Positions 53,675 to 64,000 of a DNA stretch of 64,000 bases are shown here, piece after piece. Within the stretch, counting starts at the first letter, position 1. Each line of letters begins with the position of its first letter. Position numbers and translations under genes: made by a program. The DNA comes from Camelus dromedarius (Eukaryota). Location of the stretch: contig NC_087437.1 in NCBI RefSeq assembly GCF_036321535.1, forward strand, positions 61,630,001 to 61,694,000, given 5' to 3'. Below the pieces are notes generated by a model. It saw only the letters and a list, made by a program, of their open reading frames with translations, made no database searches and was not told the DNA's origin.

Positions 53675-54641
53675 TATGTATAGCCTTTTTTAGTGGAATC
53701 AGAATTCCACTTTCATTCCTTTGAGAGCAGTCTTTTTTCTTTCATCTAATCAATGATAGGTGTTATTCTTATGATAGGCCTTTTTCTCTTACAAGAAAGG
53801 ATTAACCAAACATATTAATGAGATAAGATAGAAGTAATTTAACTTTCTTAAGCAAACATGAACACTTTGCAAATAAATGTTAATTAAGCTGTTCCTGACT
53901 AAGCTCATAGTTCCCCGGCATAATTAATCCATTGAATTCCAAAATATGAAATACTTTTTCAGATACAATTTTTTTTAATTCTGTAATTCAGATTTTAACT
54001 AATTCAAACTGATCTTTCCATGAATTACCCAAAGTAGGGGAAAGTTTCTCAAATACATCTGAATCTCAAGGATACACTTCACTTTCTTCCTGTGATCCTG
54101 CCTGATGTGAGAACCCTGATTTTCACAGGACTGTTGCAACAGTAGGCATCCCTCTCTTAGGCAGTTTGAGTTTCGGCATGAAACTGTCTTGTGTTCCTAT
54201 GGTTTGTAATTTCCAAAGCCTTTCTCCTACAGTGTTGTATCTTCAGGCTTGCGCTATCTGGTAACTTGGAACTATTTTTCTATTTTCTCCTGCCTCATTT
54301 TACTGATCTGCATTGCTCTTTTATTTATCAGGGATAAGGGATGTTGCTTTCACTCCATAGTATTCTGTTTATCCTCTGTTTTCATGTGTAAGTGTATGTA
54401 ACTTGTCCATTTTCATTTTCAAAATGATCTGTATGTACTTTTAGTTATATTAATAAAGTGACAGTGTCAGATACCATCTCTGTGTAACTCATGTTAACAG
54501 AGATCAGTTTCCCAGGTACTCACTTTTCATATCTTAGCTTATTATGAGGGAAAGAAGAGATGCTTATTTTTCTTTTCAGTTCTGTGATGTTCATCCTCTT
54601 TTCTCTTTTGTTTGTTTTTATGTTACGTTGTCCCATTTCAG

Positions 54642-54767
54642 GAGCAATTATGTTTGCCTCTCCACATTTTAGAAGAGAAAGGTTTGAGCCAGGTTGCTGT
54701 GACGGTCCAGGCTCTCCTGGAACTTGCCCCACCCAAGCAGCAGCAGCACCAGTTATCTGCTGTGTAA
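54642..54767 (+). CDS. LRCH3: LRCH3 distal alternative terminal exon (end of CH domain, soluble C-terminus)
   Basis: Long pyrimidine tract then tttcag. Phase 0. EQLCLPLHILEEKGLSQVAVTVQALLELAPPKQQQHQLSAV, stop TAA at 54765-54767. Confidence 0.92.
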   Translation, partial: EQLCLPLHILEEKGLSQVAVTVQALLELAPPKQQQHQLSAV

Positions 54768-55159
54768 GGACTCCCTGCACCTTGGGCGTTGGCCTGGCCA
54801 AAACGGAACAGGACAACACGACTGCTGCTGCCAGCCATCTGCTTAACAAAGTGCTTATGTGTTCTTAAAAGGGACTGTTTCCATGATTCCTAACAGGAAT
54901 ATTTTTCTTCATTTCTCCATTTTAGGGGAGGTTGTATCCATTTGCATTGAATTGTTTATGAAGACACAGTTTGTTTTCACAAATGAAACTTATTTCTGTC
55001 ATTACTGAGAACCCAACACTGAAACCTAAACTGGCTGTGCTTTCCTAGAGAGTAGACCTTTCCACATACAAAAGATCTTCTCAGAAGAATATTTGGCTCT
55101 CTTGAAGGCACAGACATTGCTGTTATCTTTCTTTACCTGTTTCCAAGACCTCTGGAGTC

Positions 55160-55285
55160 CACTCGTTTCTAAATGTGGTTATTCATTAGAATCTCCTGGA
55201 GCATCTGTTAAAATACAGATTGTGACTCAGTAGGTCTAGAGTGAGGCCTGGTTATCTGCATTTCAGCAAACATTCCAGGTGTTTC
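55160..55285. mobile_element. MER5-like fossil in the distal LRCH3 3'UTR
   Basis: cattagaatctcctggag…ttaaaatacagatt…tcagtaggtctag. Confidence 0.6.
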
Positions 55286-57409
55286 ATGTAGTTCCATGCT
55301 AGACATGTGTATGATTTAGGGGAGTAATGACTCCACTATGTTTTTCAGCCACATTTAAAATCAAAAGCTATATTTGACTTCTTGGACTGTTTTGTCCAAG
55401 GCAAAACAAAAGTAATGTAGAAGCTCTAGATTTTGCATAGTGAAACAATGAAACAGATGCTGTTGTATTTAAGGCCAGTGTCCGAGGCCTCCTCCCAGTT
55501 CCGGTCCACCACCACTTGAGAGGATGGTTCTGTGTATCATCCTACTAGTATCTAAACATTAGAAACAAGCACTGTACACACAGGTTCCAGGTCTTCAGGC
55601 TGGTGGCATGTTTTGGTCCACATCCTGTGCATAGACTTCATTGAGTGCCCCCTCCACACACACCCCCAGCCCCATGCTGCTCCCAGGATACCTGGACCCT
55701 GAACACCTTCCAGTCACAGCAGATAAACTTCCAGCTCCCCAGCTTATGGGAGATGATGAAAAGAAAGGAGAGGCCACGTTTCTTATGTTTCTTTCAGGTA
55801 ACGGCCAATTTCTGTGGCTAAATTAAAGCACCTGTGACATCTTAAAAACAGCTCACTGTCTTTTCACCTAACCTTCTGGCTCCCCCAGTAGTTACTTCCC
55901 GCTTAGTTACTCAGTTGCGGGTAGAGTAAAAGGACCCAAGGGCTCAGGCAACACAAAGCCAGAAGCCTTCATTCAAGTCTAAGCCACTTGGGTCTGTCTT
56001 CCCCTCATATTTTGAGCCTTTTTCAGTTGTCAGTGTTATCTTTTCATATTCACTGCCTTTGTAAACCAAATAGAGTAAGTGAATATACTAGTTATCTAGG
56101 TTTTTTCCCTGTCGTTAACTGTTCTGGATTTTCTTTACCAGTGCATGCGTTTGAGCATAATGTTTTCTCTTCGATATCACATGTTTAAAATTATGTAACA
56201 CAAAACATCTGCGCTCAAAGCCCAATCCTTCAGGGTCCTCACAGAGCAAAAGTAAAACATGTTTTAAGTGCCTGGAGCCAGATCTCATCATATTTACAGT
56301 TCCAAACAGACCCACTAATCATATGACTTGTTTATAATTCAGCTGTTTATATTTTTAAACTATAGGTATTTTTACTTCAATTCAACATTAAACCTCAGTA
56401 CAATCGCTAGATTATACAGAGAGCCATTTGAAATGAAACCCAGCAAAAGACAGAACTGTTTGTCACATGTCATGCAAGGAATAATCCCAGTCAACATGTA
56501 TAATGCAACATTTGGAACTAATTTTCCCATAGGAATAAGTGGAAATTTCAGCTTATTTCAAATTTTATACATAGCATGAAACCTTATTCATATATTTTTA
56601 TCAAACTCATTCAAATTTATATTTGAATTGTTAGAAAATATTTGTGTACAGTTTTGGTTGATAATGAAAGAAAAATAATCAAGTATAATGAATGTCTTTT
56701 CTATTTCAAGATGCAAAAACAAGTTGTGATGGTTTTTTTGGAAAATGTTTGTATTCAGTGTTTTATGTGTACCTTTTTTTTCCAAACTGGGAAGATTTAA
56801 CATTTAGCCTTGCTAGACTGCAGCGTAAGACGAAAATGACTTTGTGACAGTTCCACCTGACCATTTATGAGCTTCCCACGGAAGCAGCAAGCTTCCCAGA
56901 GCTGAAGTATGAACGAAGAAAAGGCTAAGTACCTGCCCACTAGGGGAGATTTTAAGTCAGCAGGTTTTTGGGCTTCCTAACTCATCTTGTTTAGCACTCC
57001 AGACCAGCTTTCTCTGGCAACAGCTCATGGGAGGAGGGGCCTTTGTATTCAGTTTGAGTAGAGTAGGACAGTTAGTTGTAGTAGGTGACTTTCCTAATAG
57101 CTTTTGAAAATGCAGCCTTCCAGCTAATCAAGGAGTCTGATTGCTCTTACTTGATAACAGCTCAGCAGTGACTAATGATGTGTGACTACGCTGATAAGTA
57201 TGATGAATTTTTTAAAACTAAGTGCTTAAATGGTTATAGAAATGAAGGAAAACATGGATATTTAGAACCTTTATATACATATTGCAGTAAGATGGTTTAC
57301 AGCAGATTTCATTTTATTTCTGAAAATGTTGTAAACATGTAATTAGTAAGATTTTGTAAAACATTGTCCTATATGTGTATGTCTGTACATATAATGCATA
57401 AATTCTAAG

Positions 57410-57511
57410 AATAAATATGTCCATATCATGTATGCTATTTTAAATTGCCTGTATGCCACCTTACACATTGACATTAAAATAAAAGCCAACACTTCAGTAG
57501 CATGAAATAAA
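57410..57511 (+). terminator. Poly(A) signal cluster of the distal LRCH3 isoform
   Basis: AATAAA at 57410, overlapping ATTAAA/AATAAA at 57473-57483, and AATAAA at 57506. Many TGTA motifs lie upstream. Confidence 0.6.
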
Positions 57512-58245
57512 GGCTGATTTGAAAATGTTCATACCTAAACATGGTTTCCTTGGTGAAAATGAAAAGGTAGATCTCCTGAAGGAACTCAGTAGAAACTGGG
57601 TCCTCATAATAGTCCCTTGAGATTAAAATGTACTTTTTTGAGGAAGTACAGATATCAGTATTGCCCTGTATTTGGAGTAACATATAAGGCTTAATTTTGA
57701 AATATATGTGACACATTTGGACAACGTTTCTCTCAGAAATTACCAACTGTGCTATAGGGAAAACTTCAGCATCCCAAGACATTGTATCCTGACTAATCAA
57801 GGCAAGAATGACCCAGGGGCCCATTCTTTTTTAGGGGAAGAGGAAGAGTGACAGCTTTATGTGCCAGGCACGGGTTAGGTATTTTCGCCTGCCTTATCTC
57901 TTTTAGTCGTCGTACCCCATAAGGTGAGCGCTATTGAGCAGGGAGAGCAGGTGTACACCCTAGTGTCTCATTTATCAAAAATACGTCCAAACTAGTCTTC
58001 CCATGGACCTGTGCCCCCATCTGTCCTATGCATAGGTTCTATATCCTAATATCTCATTTCTGTCTTGTATTTATAATTTATATCCCGGCCTGTTTCCCAG
58101 AAGAGGAGCTGAAGTGGCTGATAGTAAGACATGAATAAGATGCCACACCCTCTCCCCATAAAAACACTGAAGTGATAATAAATCCAAACAGCAGGCAGGA
58201 ACCAACCTTAATTAAAACTTTACTGTGTATGTATTATACTGGACA

Positions 58246-58403
58246 TTTAATGAATGTCATCTTGTAGTTCCTACTGAAAACTACATTTCTGCCGATAAGA
58301 ATGTCACTTATGACACCCTTTGCTCCTAAGTGTCAGTTTTCACTATAGGCAAGCTGAATAAAATCAGAATCAGAGACAGTACAGGAATTTACTGAAGTTT
58401 AAT
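58246..58403 (-). terminator. Candidate IQCG poly(A) signals
   Basis: Minus-strand ATTAAA at 58398-58403 and 58246-58251, and AGTAAA at 58388-58393. Confidence 0.4.
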
Positions 58404-58716
58404 ACATCACTATAACTAAGCTCATGTGCTGTTTTCCTGGTGAGAAAGAGCAAGAATATTCACAAGGCTCCTAGAAATACTTCTCAGCAAAACTTTTCCA
58501 AATTATGAAGAAGCCCTGAATCCATGGTATAATACTAATTTGGGGTTTGAAAACTAATATAACAGGCAAAGTGAAATAACCAGGCCTCACCTGGGAATGT
58601 CCAAATAAGAAACAACCTGTAGATGAGTTATCTGTGATGGTAAAAGGTATTTCTTACTCCTTTCAGGTCCTCCTGAGTCTCCAGAACACCAGCAGAAAAG
58701 ACAGAAGATAACTTGG

Positions 58717-58857
58717 TCACTTCTTGCGTCTCCTCTTGTCCTTGTCTTTGCCTTTACCTTTACCTTTTGACTCTTTGCTGTCATCTTTGTCCTTCTTGGG
58801 CATTCTGAAACTACCGATTTCTCTCCGCACCACAGTGCCTCGCCACCAGGCCTGGAG
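58717..58857 (-). CDS. IQCG: IQCG (DRC9) last coding exon: IQ motif plus Lys-rich tail
   Basis: Minus-strand acceptor ttccag. [46 protein letters not shown] then TGA. IQCG is the known tail-to-tail neighbour of LRCH3. Confidence 0.94.
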   Translation of the reverse strand, partial: LQAWWRGTVVRREIGSFRMPKKDKDDSKESKGKGKGKDKDKRRRKK

Positions 58858-60279
58858 CTGGAAGAGAACAGGGAAGTGAGTACAATTTATAGTATGCCTG
58901 ACACGCTGCATTCTTTCTATGTAAGGGGATCGTCTTTTCATAAACTAACTTCTGTGAAGAAGGCTCTCTGTGACATGGAGGTGGCCAAGTATGCCATCCC
59001 TAGAGCATTGCCCCCCCACCCTCCTTGTGCAGGACCCAGAGCTTAAGTCATGTACTTGAGAGTAAAGTTCTCAAGGAGTAAAAATAAAAGTAATCTGATT
59101 GATTAGGCCTATCTTTCCTTTGCACTTAGAAACCTGACTCCCTTGTACTTTCTGAACACCCACGTTCCCCACATCTACCAACCATTTGATCTAAAAGGGA
59201 TGCTAGTTACCTGAGCCACAAACACTCAAGTAAAAATGTGCAGATAATCTAGGTGACTTCAATAGACTTCCTGGTGCATTTCATGTCTTCAATAATTGAT
59301 TAAAGGATCCAGATTCCTCTTACTTTCAAAAGGGATTTAGATAGCTCCCTTGAATGTGTTAGCCATTAGACACAACTGTTCTGAATACAGTCTGGGCCAC
59401 TTTAAATTCAGACTAAGCCCCAAGACTCGGAGCAAATCCACTAGTAAAAAGAAAACAAAAATGGCCTTCAGCTACTACTTACAGTTTTCCTCTAAATAAG
59501 GAATTCTGACAAATAGAAAATATCATAGAAGCTCAATAAATACTTGCTAACTATACATCTGACTCTCCTAATGGAAAGATCAAGTTTGGGTCTGAATACC
59601 TGGTCCTAAATGTACTTTAAAGCCTACTTTCATAATCTGCCCCCGGTGTACATCCCAAACCACAGTCTGCACACCATAGGGTCTCAACAGATACTCCTCT
59701 TTCAGAGAGAAGAGCAATCCTCAAAACCATAGTTCTAGTTCAGCTGATGTTATTTTTGCTTGAAAATACTTCCTACCAAACAGAATCTGACCTGCCAGTT
59801 TCATCATCACTAATATACACAAGTTCATATAAAACTTAAATCTCCTTTTTTCTGAACTTCTACTTACCCCTTCATGTTTTTTAAAAACAGATCTTATCAG
59901 AACCTTGCAGGTGGCATGGGCTGACTTATAAATAGGATTTTAAGAAGCAGTATGATATTAAAAATAATTACTTTAAGAGCTGTTTTGGTAAGAAATAGTA
60001 TTCATAAGTTTGACCCGCTGGGCACAAGTTCTAGGTTTTGCTCTCACTGCTAACCAGCTCTTCTTCCCCAGATTAAAAATCAGAGGCATGTCCTTTTCTC
60101 TTAACTATCCTTCTGCACCACAGACTGTGTTGGCAAACTCCAATAATAACAAAAGGCCATGCTTCCTCACAGATCTCCTGTTCCGAGTTTGATAATAAAC
60201 GAGAGATGCTTTACACTCCTCGGTGTTTGGCCAACTACAGAATTGAAGAGGCCCCAGGATGCCAATTGAGGTTTTCTAC

Positions 60280-60381
60280 CTTTATGGTGCTCTCTAATTC
60301 CAAGTCATCCCGTTGTATCTGCTTCCTGGTGTTCTCCTTTTCTATACGATCTTCAATGATGACCTGTTCATATTCCCTTAG
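60280..60381 (-). CDS. IQCG: IQCG penultimate coding exon
   Basis: ttgcag/…/gtagaa on minus. 102 nt. [34 protein letters not shown]. Confidence 0.93.
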
Positions 60382-60878
60382 CTGCAAAAGTAGACATTAA
60401 TCATGTGTTACAGGACTCTTGGGTAAGCTGTGGCCCAACAAGCCCTGCATTTTTCATGTAAAACTTTGAAATGAAGCATGCCAGATCTAAAGATAAACCA
60501 AAGAAAAAACTTACTGGATTCCTATATTGTCAATATTCACATATTAACTTTATAATTGTTCCCCTAATATTTTTCAGTTTGAGTAAGTTAAACTTGCTTT
60601 AAAATCTTTAATAAAAATGAAATACTAATTTGATGTGACTAATGACCTCAAATAATGTAATTTTAAAAAACTATAATAGAATGTACACCTACAAATAGTC
60701 ATCTTTTAAAAGAGAAATTCAAGCAGTTCTCCATTTATTCAATGATGAAACCATAATCAGAAGCTTTTTATAAATCATTGTTTATAATTGTCTTCAGAGA
60801 TCAAAGTAGAAATAAAAATAGAATCTCGCTCAAGGGATTCTTGGGAGGGTTAAATAAGTTATATGTGTAAAATACTAG

Positions 60879-61031
60879 GGGGAGGGTATATCTCAGCGGT
60901 AGAGCAAGTGCCTAGCATACACGAGGTCCTGGGTTCAATCCCCAGTACCTCCGTTAAATAAATAAATGGTAAACAAACAAACAAACATAATTACCTTACC
61001 CTCCCCCCAAAAAAAGTAAAGAAAAAAAAAA
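60879..61031 (+). mobile_element. tRNA-derived SINE (Vic-1-like) inserted in a MIR, IQCG intron
   Basis: A and B boxes. 12-bp TSD gtaaaatactag at 60867-60878 and 61032-61043. Confidence 0.9.
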
Positions 61032-61255
61032 GTAAAATACTAGAAGAGTGCCTGGGATATTAAGCATTATGATGTGTCAGCTGCTGCTGTTATTGTCCCC
61101 ATCATTGATGACATCATCATCAAAAAAGAATCCCAGTGGCTTGCAAGCACACCTCCAGTCTGTAACCAAAACTAGCATTACCCAGCTACTGCTGCTTAGC
61201 TACCGCCCACACCTGAGTGCTCTCAGCCTTCACTGGTCAGACTCTGCTTCCTTAC

Positions 61256-61387
61256 CGTCTTTGCAAGTTCTTGAAGGTGAGCTAAGTCACTGGCCTTAGC
61301 AGCTTTGAGAGCATTTAGTTCATTCTGTTTCATTTCTGTGTCCTTATCAAATTTCTCCATCCAGAACTCTAGCTTCTCCTCCAATTT
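61256..61387 (-). CDS. IQCG: IQCG coding exon (coiled coil)
   Basis: aaatag/…/gtaagg on minus. 132 nt. [44 protein letters not shown]. Confidence 0.93.
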
Positions 61388-61424
61388 CTATTTGGAAAGA
61401 ACAATAAAATATGGCTTCCACCAG

Positions 61425-64000
61425 ATGCAAAAAAGTATATACTACATGAAATCATTTATATAAGTTTCAAGAACAAGCACAACTTTTCTATAGTGATAAA
61501 AGTCAGAATGATGGTTACTTCACCCATCATTGGATGAGGTTTATTGGCTTGGTTTATTAATTGGGAATGGGGCCTAAGGGAGACGTCTGTGATGTGTGCT
61601 CTATGTCTCTATCTGAGTGGTGGTTACAGGGGTGTTTAGACATAAACAGTCATCAAACTGTATACTTAATATCTGTGTACTTTACAACATACTGCATGTA
61701 TGTTATTGCTCAATTTAAAAATGGGGGAAAGATCTTTCCACATGTCTGGATAAGGGAAGTTGCAGTGAAGAGGAAAGGAATACGGGGTAAGTAGAAAATT
61801 GTGAAGGATAAGGAATGGCAACAGACAGTCTTTGACTGACAACACTAAAGACTAGTCAAGAAGGGTACAATGTCTTCAAAATTCTAAAAGGCAATAAATG
61901 TGAATCTAAGATTCTATTCCTAGCTAGCCTTGCATTCAAATGTGAGGGAAAGAGAATGTATCTAATCTTTTTGAAAGAGTTACTCAAGGATGAAATGAAG
62001 TCAGATGTAGAAGAAATAGTAAAGTGTGTATTTACCCTATATATCATAACTTTTTAATAATAAATCATAATCTGGAACAAAATCCCAAATTAGGCAGCAT
62101 CATCTAGTGGAAGGAACACAGGCTCTGAAGGCAGATTGCCTAGGTTCAACTCTGAACTTTGTCACTTGAACAAGTTTGCTTAAATTCCCCAAGCCTCAGT
62201 TCCCTCATCAATTAAGTAGAAATATATAATGAATGATTTCAACATGGGATGTAGGAGACAAAGAGAAGAAGTAAGTAAAAGCTTTGCCTCAATAAAGGCA
62301 AGAAGATATAACTACTGATTAGACTAAGAGAAGGAACAAAGTTTAAATATATGTTAAATTTTTAAGGATTACCACTGCAAGGATAGAATGTGTAACAAAC
62401 TCCTAGAGCATGTACCTCAAGAATGAGACATAAAGAGGAGCCTTCAGGTGGTACACAAACACGGAATTTTTATAAAAACATCACTCACAACGCATGATTC
62501 TGTCAGTTTGGTGCAATCATGTCTTTAACATCTTTCTAACTCTTAACACTTTTTTAATCAAAAAGAGAACAAACAACAAGGTCCTACTGTGTAGCACAGG
62601 GAACTATATTCAATAGCTTGTAATAACCTGTAATGAAAAAGAATATATATATGTATAAGTGAATCACTATGCGTGTACACCAGAAACTGACAGTCATTGT
62701 AAATCAACTGTACTTTAAAAAAAAAAAAAAAGTGAAAGAACAGGCTCCAGGCAGGCAAGAGGAGCTGGCTAAAATGTAGTCGTATCGTCTGGTATTTGTT
62801 GCACTTCTATTTACATTAATTTCTATTTATGGTAAATGATACTGGCTTTCCTTTTATAGTAATGATATAATAATCTCGACTGAAAATAAATTGATATAGT
62901 TGTTTAGATAAGTAACTAATTAGAAAATGATAATAACACAGGTGGTATGTAGATATTACAAAACCAGGAACGTGGTATGCTAATAACTGGAGTTTGCACT
63001 AGAAAGCTGGAAATTGAGCAATAAAAATTCCATCAATTCCACTAAAGGTAAGAAGGAGAGAGGCAACTAGAGAGCTTAAAAAGCAGGAAACATAAAATAA
63101 GATGGAAGAATTAAGTACAAATAAATGAAAAATCACAATAAATAAATTGGAGTAAACTCCCCTATCAAAAGAAAGAAACTCTCAGATTTTTTTTTAATCC
63201 AACTATGAACTGTTAATAAAAAACACAGCTAAAACCATAGAATCAAAGCAAAAAGAAAGCAGGTTTGGCAATTAATATTTGGCAAAGTAGAAGTCAAGCC
63301 AAAAATAAGACAAAAAGGGATGTTTTAAACTGATAAACTGTCAAGCCTTATTGAGAACACATTACAGTTATGAACTTTTATATTCTAACAACATATTTTG
63401 GAATATATAAAGCAAAAATCATTAGAAATATAAGAAATTAACAAATCCACAATCATCTTAGGAGACTATCACACTTCTCTGAAATTAATAGCTCAGGTAG
63501 AGAATTTGACAGCTAGACTGATAAATACTTATATAACTTTGTACCTAACAGAGAAAACATTCTTTTCAAATACCCATGGAATATTCATATAACCTGAGCA
63601 TATAATAAGCCCAAGTAAGAGCTCTACAAATTCCAACAAGCATCAGTCTTATATTTCACATTCTGAAACCACAATGGAAGACAGTAAGAGTGTATAAACG
63701 TCAAAGCATTGTTGTGAGCAACGGAATACAGACCACATTCTTCCCTCTCCAACTTCAACTACTTGGACATTTCAGAAACACCCTCTTAAATAACTTTTGG
63801 GTTAAAAAGGACATAACAAGTCATAAACTAAAAATCATGATGTCTACAGTTTACTTTTAAAGGCATAAAAAAGATAAGATGGACTAGTGGAGGAAGGATG
63901 TATAGATATGTGATAAAGCAAGAATAATAAAATGTAAATGGTACAATCTACAACTAGAAGGTATTTGGGCATTCACTGTAAAATTCTTTCAACTTTGTGT
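61425..64000 (+). mobile_element. Mosaic of L1 fragments in an IQCG intron, including a young L1 3' end at ~62560-62732
   Basis: Decayed ORF1/ORF2-endonuclease-like and 3'UTR segments. The aacaacaaggtcctactg…aactgtactttaaaaaa tail matches the other young L1 ends. Boundaries approximate. Confidence 0.65.

Noticed and set aside
54520..54868. Overlapping 102-aa (+), 109-aa (-) and 66-aa (-) ORFs
   Set aside because: They are shadow frames over the real LRCH3 terminal exon and its pyrimidine tract, with no recognisable product.
1..64000. CRISPR arrays, operons, rRNA, snoRNA or CpG-island promoters
   Set aside because: None seen. The window is eukaryotic, CpG-poor, and holds only the internal and 3' parts of two genes.

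Overview
This is mammalian genomic DNA, probably camelid, judged from Vic-1-like tRNA-derived SINEs and young L1 3' ends. The + strand carries the 3' part of LRCH3 (leucine-rich repeat and calponin-homology protein 3). Sixteen internal GT-AG coding exons (842-47916, 1556 nt) splice in one open frame. Two alternative terminal exons follow: a proximal one ending in a transmembrane tail (51591-51791) and a distal soluble one ending -LSAV (54642-54767), with 3'UTR to about 57.5 kb. The last three coding exons of IQCG lie convergently on the - strand (61387-58717). Introns hold L1, L2, MIR, MLT1, DNA-transposon fossils and SINEs; repeat families were named by eye. Most ORF-track entries are spurious or repeat-derived. 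I found no convincing novel biological system. The best leads are the duplicated terminal exons, a diverged colinear duplication around the last shared CH exon, a twin-primed retro-insertion with visible priming homology, and foreign filler DNA inside a deleted L1.
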